A stretch of DNA of 64,000 nt from Desulfurococcales archaeon. Lineage in GTDB: Archaea > Thermoproteota > Thermoprotei_A > Sulfolobales > Desulfurococcaceae. The DNA lies in NCBI GenBank assembly GCA_027022365.1, contig JALVYU010000031.1, positions 352,001 through 416,000 on the forward strand. Reading direction: 5' to 3'. Below, piece after piece: positions 58,967 through 64,000 of the stretch. Every line of letters begins with the position of its first letter. Positions within the stretch are counted from its first letter, which is position 1. The translations under genes and the position numbers were made by a program. The notes below the pieces were generated by a model. That model saw only the letters and a list, made by a program, of their open reading frames with translations. It ran no database searches and had not been told where the DNA came from.

Positions 58967-60898
58967 ATGACTTTACTCCAATATGTTTTTCTCCTCCCAA
59001 TAATTTTCCTGTCCGTATCAACTGTTTCAACATTTTACATAAGAGGAAGAACGGCGTCGATCATATCCTCAATACTATCACTCGCGGCATGCCTCTCTAT
59101 GTTGTTTTTATCAATCAATGTTTTTCTATACTCTAAGACGTACAGGTATGATTTTATTTACTGGCCGTTTCCCTCCCGCACTATGAACGGTTTTGCAGTA
59201 TTCAGGATCAGAATAGATGCGTTATCGGCTTACTTCATATTCATAATCGGCTTAATAGGAGCTATAGCCACGATCTACGGTTTAAAATACATAAACAAGT
59301 ACTCGACCGAGCACATGGGGTTTTTCTCGCTTAACTACTCGCTCTTCATTCTTTCAATGTACATGGCCGTCATCGTATCGGATCTATTCTGGTTTATAGT
59401 GTTCTGGGAATTAATGACGCTATCGTCACAGTTCCTAGTATCTTTCGAGAAGGAGAAGAAGAGAGCTATTTGGGCGGGATACAAGTATTTTACAGTGACC
59501 AAGATCGGGTCGGAGTTCATCATTATCGGGTCACTGATAGCGGTCTTTGTATTGAATAACTTCAATACCTCCTTTAGAAGCATCTCCATAAATGCCGCGG
59601 AGCCTCTGGGGTTCATAACGGTTTTACTAATGTTCATAGGCCTCGCGGTGAAGGCCGCAGTAGTGCCTTTTCACACATGGCTGCCGGACGCCCATCCCGA
59701 AGCACCATCCCATGTCTCGGCACTTCTCAGCGGGGTCATGATCAAGATCCCTATTTACATGATGATTAGATTATTCTACGAATTCACTGCTCCAGGGCTT
59801 GTTTGGGGCATTATAGTCTCTACAATTGGGGCCGCTACACTTACGGTAGGGACTATGTATGCTTTAAAACAGACTGACTCGAAGAGGCTTCTAGCGTATC
59901 ATAGTGTCGGGCAGATCGGGTACATTGTGCTGGGGCTCGGCGCATCTCTCCTACTGGTTTCTCTAAAAGACTACCTATTGGCCGGCGTAGCCCTGATCGC
60001 CTGCCTCTACCATCTAGTCAACCACGCGTTGTTCAAGTCCGCATTATTCCTTACAGCAGGCTCTGTCGAGTATGCTACTGGTCTCCGCGACCTGAACAGG
60101 CTGGGCGGGCTAGCCAGGTATATGCCCTACACCGCTCTAGCAGCCCTTATAGCTTCATTATCTATCTCGGGCATACCCCCGTTCAACGGGTTCGTGAGCA
60201 AGTGGCTAGTATATTGTTCCACGTTCTTGGCTGGAGGATTGTTATTGGTTTATGGAGTGCTCGCACTCTTTATAAGCTCGGTAACCTCGGCGAGCTTCAT
60301 AAAATTCTTTACAACAATGTTTACGAGGGAGGCCTCGAGGATCAATGCATCGGGGGTCAGGGAAGTCCCTCGTTCTATGAGCTCTTCCCAACTAGTATTA
60401 GGTATTCTATGTATTGTGTTCGGGGTATTCCCGCTGGTACCGCTCAGCCTTATTTTACCGGTGCTGGGTGTTGAAGCACCACACATCTATGATGTTATCG
60501 GCAGATCGGTCTCTATCAACATAGGCTATATAGGTATCGGGTCGTCTGCACACTTCTATCCACTAGTGATCGCTGTGATACTCTCTGCTTTCCTGCCTCT
60601 CATCTATGTCGTGGTGGTCAAGGGGGCGGATGCCAGGTATGAGCCGTGGACGTGTGGATCGCTTGTCGAGAAGAGGAAGTTATTGTATCCGGCTAGATCC
60701 TACTATAAGGACTTCGAGGAAGTTTTCGGGGAGATATATTCTGTGGGCGATTATTTCTATAAGATGATCGTAGGGATCATCCCGCGGAGGGTTTACTCTG
60801 CTTTCAAGCGTTTTGTAGGTCTGGCTGAGGATCCCGTGGTCATGTACATGGTGATGCTGGCCATCATCGTGATCGCACTGCTTGTGATGGGTGTTTAG
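58967..60898 (+). CDS. Group 4 hydrogenase antiporter-like membrane subunit (HycC/HyfB/CooM-like)
   Basis: FWELMT, PFHTWLPDAHPEAPS, KRLLAYHS, NHALFKS, LGGL and PPFNGFVSKW. Confidence 0.92.
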   Translation: MTLLQYVFLLPIIFLSVSTVSTFYIRGRTASIISSILSLAACLSMLFLSINVFLYSKTYRYDFIYWPFPSRTMNGFAVFRIRIDALSAYFIFIIGLIGAIATIYGLKYINKYSTEHMGFFSLNYSLFILSMYMAVIVSDLFWFIVFWELMTLSSQFLVSFEKEKKRAIWAGYKYFTVTKIGSEFIIIGSLIAVFVLNNFNTSFRSISINAAEPLGFITVLLMFIGLAVKAAVVPFHTWLPDAHPEAPSHVSALLSGVMIKIPIYMMIRLFYEFTAPGLVWGIIVSTIGAATLTVGTMYALKQTDSKRLLAYHSVGQIGYIVLGLGASLLLVSLKDYLLAGVALIACLYHLVNHALFKSALFLTAGSVEYATGLRDLNRLGGLARYMPYTALAALIASLSISGIPPFNGFVSKWLVYCSTFLAGGLLLVYGVLALFISSVTSASFIKFFTTMFTREASRINASGVREVPRSMSSSQLVLGILCIVFGVFPLVPLSLILPVLGVEAPHIYDVIGRSVSINIGYIGIGSSAHFYPLVIAVILSAFLPLIYVVVVKGADARYEPWTCGSLVEKRKLLYPARSYYKDFEEVFGEIYSVGDYFYKMIVGIIPRRVYSAFKRFVGLAEDPVVMYMVMLAIIVIALLVMGV

Positions 60899-60900
60899 CC

Positions 60901-61794
60901 GTGGTGTGGCTCAATACTCTCTATGGTGTACTTAATGCCTGCTTCATATTATTGGTGGGCCCACTCATAGACGGCGTTGAGAGGAAGATCCGTGCAAGGC
61001 TCCAGAACAGGAGGGGGCCCTCGATACTGCAGACATGGTATGACCTAGTAAAGCTGCTTAGAAAACCCGCTGCCAGAACAGGTGTTCCCTCAACGCTTTT
61101 CAGGTTATCCGTCTACATAGGATTTGTAAACCTATTGATAGTCTCGCTTTTCATCCCCTCGATACTCTGCGGCGGTATGGGTTTCTTCGGTGACCTGATC
61201 CTCTTCATATACCTTTTATCGTCTTCCAAGGTATTCGTCCTAATAGGGAGCTACAGCTCCGGTAGCCCTTACGCCTCGATAGGCTCTACTAGGGAAGTAT
61301 CGCTGAGCATGGCGTCGGAGCTGGTGCTGGCCGAGATAATTGCGCTGATCGCTCTGTCCAGGAGCAGTCTTTTACTGAGCAATGTTTTCCCTGTTACAGC
61401 GGTTTTGAGGCCATCGGTTCTCATCGGGCTGGGAGTACTGGGTATTATAGTCTATATCGAGCACTCTAGATTACCCTTCGAAATCGGTGAGGCCGAGCCC
61501 GAGCTCGCCGGGGGATACACCATAGAGTATGCTGGCAGAGACCTAGGATTCATCCTATGGTCGAACACTATAAGGAGAACACTACTGACGACTTTCCTGA
61601 TAGACCTGATTATCCCGCTCGACGTATTATACCACCTGGTCATCTACCCCGTCCTCTTGTTCTCGATAATGATTGTTTTCACAGCTATCGAGACTGGTTG
61701 GGGAAGGCTCAGGATAGATATCTCCCTCAAATACGTCAAGAGGTTAAGCTATGTCATGTGGGGTGTGATCCTGCTTGCGCTCATCGGGTATTAA
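60901..61794 (+). CDS. Group 4 hydrogenase membrane subunit (HycD/HyfC, NuoH-like)
   Basis: RKIRARLQNRRGPS.LQ..YD..KL, RLPFE..EAEPEL.GG...EY. Confidence 0.92.
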   Translation: MVWLNTLYGVLNACFILLVGPLIDGVERKIRARLQNRRGPSILQTWYDLVKLLRKPAARTGVPSTLFRLSVYIGFVNLLIVSLFIPSILCGGMGFFGDLILFIYLLSSSKVFVLIGSYSSGSPYASIGSTREVSLSMASELVLAEIIALIALSRSSLLLSNVFPVTAVLRPSVLIGLGVLGIIVYIEHSRLPFEIGEAEPELAGGYTIEYAGRDLGFILWSNTIRRTLLTTFLIDLIIPLDVLYHLVIYPVLLFSIMIVFTAIETGWGRLRIDISLKYVKRLSYVMWGVILLALIGY

Positions 61795-63481
61795 TCAAGT
61801 GAGGCCCAGGAACAAGTACGAGCTCATGATTGATCTGAGGCGCTTCGGCGAGCCCCGTCTCAGGGGTAAGTACTTGTTTCTATCCAGGATAAAGAGCGGT
61901 AGATTAAGGGATCTAGTTGATTATCTCCACTGGAGGCTAGGGGGATATTATTCGACATCCATAGGCGTTGATGAGAGGCCTCTTGACGGTTACTTCCACG
62001 TCTACCACGTCTTCGTCCTTGAAGAATACGGGGTGTACGTACTGGTTGATCTCATCGCCGACCCCGGGCATCCCGTCGTCGAATCAATAACTCCCGTTGT
62101 ACCCGCCGCTAATTGGGCTGAGAGGGAGATAATGGATTTTATAGGGGTCAAGTTCAGAGGGCACCCCGAACCCCATAGGCTCATACTTCCTGATGACTGG
62201 CCTGAAAACGTCTACCCGTTGAGAAAGGATTACCCGTACGATGACAAGCTCCCTACAAGCGATAAAATAGCTAAGCTTGTACGCGAATCCTCGCCAGCTA
62301 CATGGGAACCTGAAGCCCCTGGGGATCATACCGTTATACCGGTTGGCCCTTATCACCCAGCCCTCCACGAGCCCGAGTACTTCGAGCTATTCGTTGAGGG
62401 CGAGAAGATTGTTGATGCTAGGTATAAGGGCTTCATGGTTCACAGGGGGATCGAGAAGATCGCCGAGTCCAGGCTATCATACAACCAAGTGTCTTTCATA
62501 GCGGAGAGAATCTGCGGTATCTGCGGCTTCACGCACAGTACTGCGTACTGCCAGGCCGTGGAGGAAGCAGCGGGGATCGATGTGCCTGAGAGAGCGGAGT
62601 ATATTAGGAGCATACTCCTCGAGATCGAGAGGATCCATAGCCACTTCCTATGGATGGGCGTCGCCTTCCACCTCCTAGGCTACGATACAGGCTTCATGAT
62701 AATGTGGAGGCTGCGCGAAAGCATCATGGATCTAGCCGAGGAACTGACGGGGAGCAGGAAGATGTATGGAGCGAACATCGTCGGAGGGATCAGGGATAAA
62801 TGGGATATCAGGGACGATAAAGCGGCCTTGATCAAGAGAATGCTGGACGAGATAAGGGAGGAATACCTGAAGTACATCCCAAAGATCATTTCCCTGGAGG
62901 AGATCAAGAAGAGGACACGGGGAGTAGGAGTATTATCGAGGAGCGATGCAAGGAAGTACAGCGTCCTCGGCCCACACGCAAGGGCGTCCGGGATAAAAAC
63001 AGATGTACGCAAGTACAGGCCATACGCCGCCTACAAGTACGTCAACGTCGAGATCCCAGTACTAGATGACGGAGACATATACGCGAGAATGATTGTCAGG
63101 CACGAGGAGATCCTGGCATCAATCGATCTAATACATAGGCTTCTAGACAATATCCCTAAAACCCCCCTCCACGCCGACACCAGCTATATCCCTGAGAGAA
63201 GACATGGGATCGGGTGCACCGAGGCCCCGCGGGGCGAGGACCTGCACTTCGTCATAACCGGGAGGGACAACAAGCTCTATAGGTGGAGGCCTAGGGCCCC
63301 GACATATAATAATCTCCTATCAGTCCCAGCCATGCTCCGCGGGGAATACCTCGCGGACGCACCAATAATAATTGCAAGCATAGACCCGTGTTTCTCCTGC
63401 ACAGACCACGTCGTAGTCGTAGACCTTAGATCCGGTAGGAGGAGGCCCTTGAGAACAAGAGGAGTTGTAGGGGGGCGGTGA
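61775..63481 (+). CDS. Group 4 [NiFe]-hydrogenase large subunit (HycE/HyfG-like, NuoC+NuoD fusion)
   Basis: L1 ERICGICGFTH, L2 DPCFSCTDH with a C-terminal extension, GPYHP and EAPRGE. Start may be GTG 61799. Confidence 0.95.
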   Translation: MRSSGINQVRPRNKYELMIDLRRFGEPRLRGKYLFLSRIKSGRLRDLVDYLHWRLGGYYSTSIGVDERPLDGYFHVYHVFVLEEYGVYVLVDLIADPGHPVVESITPVVPAANWAEREIMDFIGVKFRGHPEPHRLILPDDWPENVYPLRKDYPYDDKLPTSDKIAKLVRESSPATWEPEAPGDHTVIPVGPYHPALHEPEYFELFVEGEKIVDARYKGFMVHRGIEKIAESRLSYNQVSFIAERICGICGFTHSTAYCQAVEEAAGIDVPERAEYIRSILLEIERIHSHFLWMGVAFHLLGYDTGFMIMWRLRESIMDLAEELTGSRKMYGANIVGGIRDKWDIRDDKAALIKRMLDEIREEYLKYIPKIISLEEIKKRTRGVGVLSRSDARKYSVLGPHARASGIKTDVRKYRPYAAYKYVNVEIPVLDDGDIYARMIVRHEEILASIDLIHRLLDNIPKTPLHADTSYIPERRHGIGCTEAPRGEDLHFVITGRDNKLYRWRPRAPTYNNLLSVPAMLRGEYLADAPIIIASIDPCFSCTDHVVVVDLRSGRRRPLRTRGVVGGR

Positions 63482-63484
63482 TAA

Positions 63485-63988
63485 ATGAACAGGATCAAGG
63501 TGCTCCTCGAAAATCTTAGAAGAGGAGTCGTGACGGAGCAATACCCCTTCAAGCCCATCAGAGTCCCGGAGAGGCTGAGGGGCAAACCAGTAATAGACCC
63601 TGATAAGTGCGCTGGCTGCGGGGCATGCGTTAATGCATGTCCTCCAAACGCGCTTACAATGCGTGACGATAAGCACAGCTCGATGAGGTTCATAGTGTTA
63701 TTCATTGGTCGATGCATCTACTGCGGGAAATGCGAGGAGGCCTGCCCGTTCGGCGCTATAAGGCTTACAAGGGAGTTCGAGCTGGCCGCTGAGAATAGGG
63801 AGGACCTCTACCAAGTGGTAGGGCTGAGACTGTATCACTGCCCATTGTGCGGCGAGCCCTTCACGACTGTGAGGCTGATCAAGAGGGTCGTGGAGGCCCT
63901 GCCCGAGGAGCAGAGGGCAGCGGCCACCTTATGTCCCAGATGCCGCGAATCAGTTACGGCCCACTACAGGAGCTATGCCCGGAGGTAG
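63485..63988 (+). CDS. Hydrogenase 2x[4Fe-4S] subunit (HycF/NuoI-like)
   Basis: YPF...RGKP, CAGCGACVNACP, CIYCGKCEEACP, plus CPLCG and CPRC. A further GTG at 63995 after GGAGGT suggests the operon continues. Confidence 0.92.
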   Translation: MNRIKVLLENLRRGVVTEQYPFKPIRVPERLRGKPVIDPDKCAGCGACVNACPPNALTMRDDKHSSMRFIVLFIGRCIYCGKCEEACPFGAIRLTREFELAAENREDLYQVVGLRLYHCPLCGEPFTTVRLIKRVVEALPEEQRAAATLCPRCRESVTAHYRSYARR

Positions 63989-64000
63989 GTATCCGTGAAA

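Overview
Chromosomal window from an anaerobic, probably hyperthermophilic archaeon. Gene content (GAPOR, AOR, a GltPh-type symporter, GGTGA/GGAGGT ribosome-binding sites) fits Thermoprotei such as Desulfurococcales, but this is inferred, not proven. From left to right: tungsten-type aldehyde:ferredoxin oxidoreductase with ferredoxin, AhpD-like, TetR and BASS/ACR3 genes; a decayed flavoprotein and vapBC pair; a MoaD/SAMP, a USP-like protein, a hemerythrin fusion, a pilin-like protein and GAPOR; an ABC exporter with a beta-propeller protein; a complete Opp/Dpp operon; secreted proteins including a caspase/gingipain-fold candidate and a helical-repeat protein opposite a membrane-anchored wHTH regulator. 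An AT-rich defence island (~33.3-46.6 kb) encodes an SF2 helicase, a DUF1998-like/PLD fusion, a DUF1156-type methyltransferase, an orphan protein, a broken AAA ATPase with a nuclease-like partner, decayed vapBC pairs and a tRNA-like relic. After an AlkA glycosylase come a Roadblock/V4R-like/DUF2226-like signalling cluster and a corQR-cooFSC-cooT-group 4 [NiFe]-hydrogenase cluster that runs off the right edge. The best candidates for undescribed systems are the helicase/DUF1998-PLD/methyltransferase defence module and the Roadblock-V4R module, possibly linked to the hemerythrin fusion. I found no CRISPR array, rRNA or intact tRNA. All family calls come from motif recognition by eye; no searches were run.
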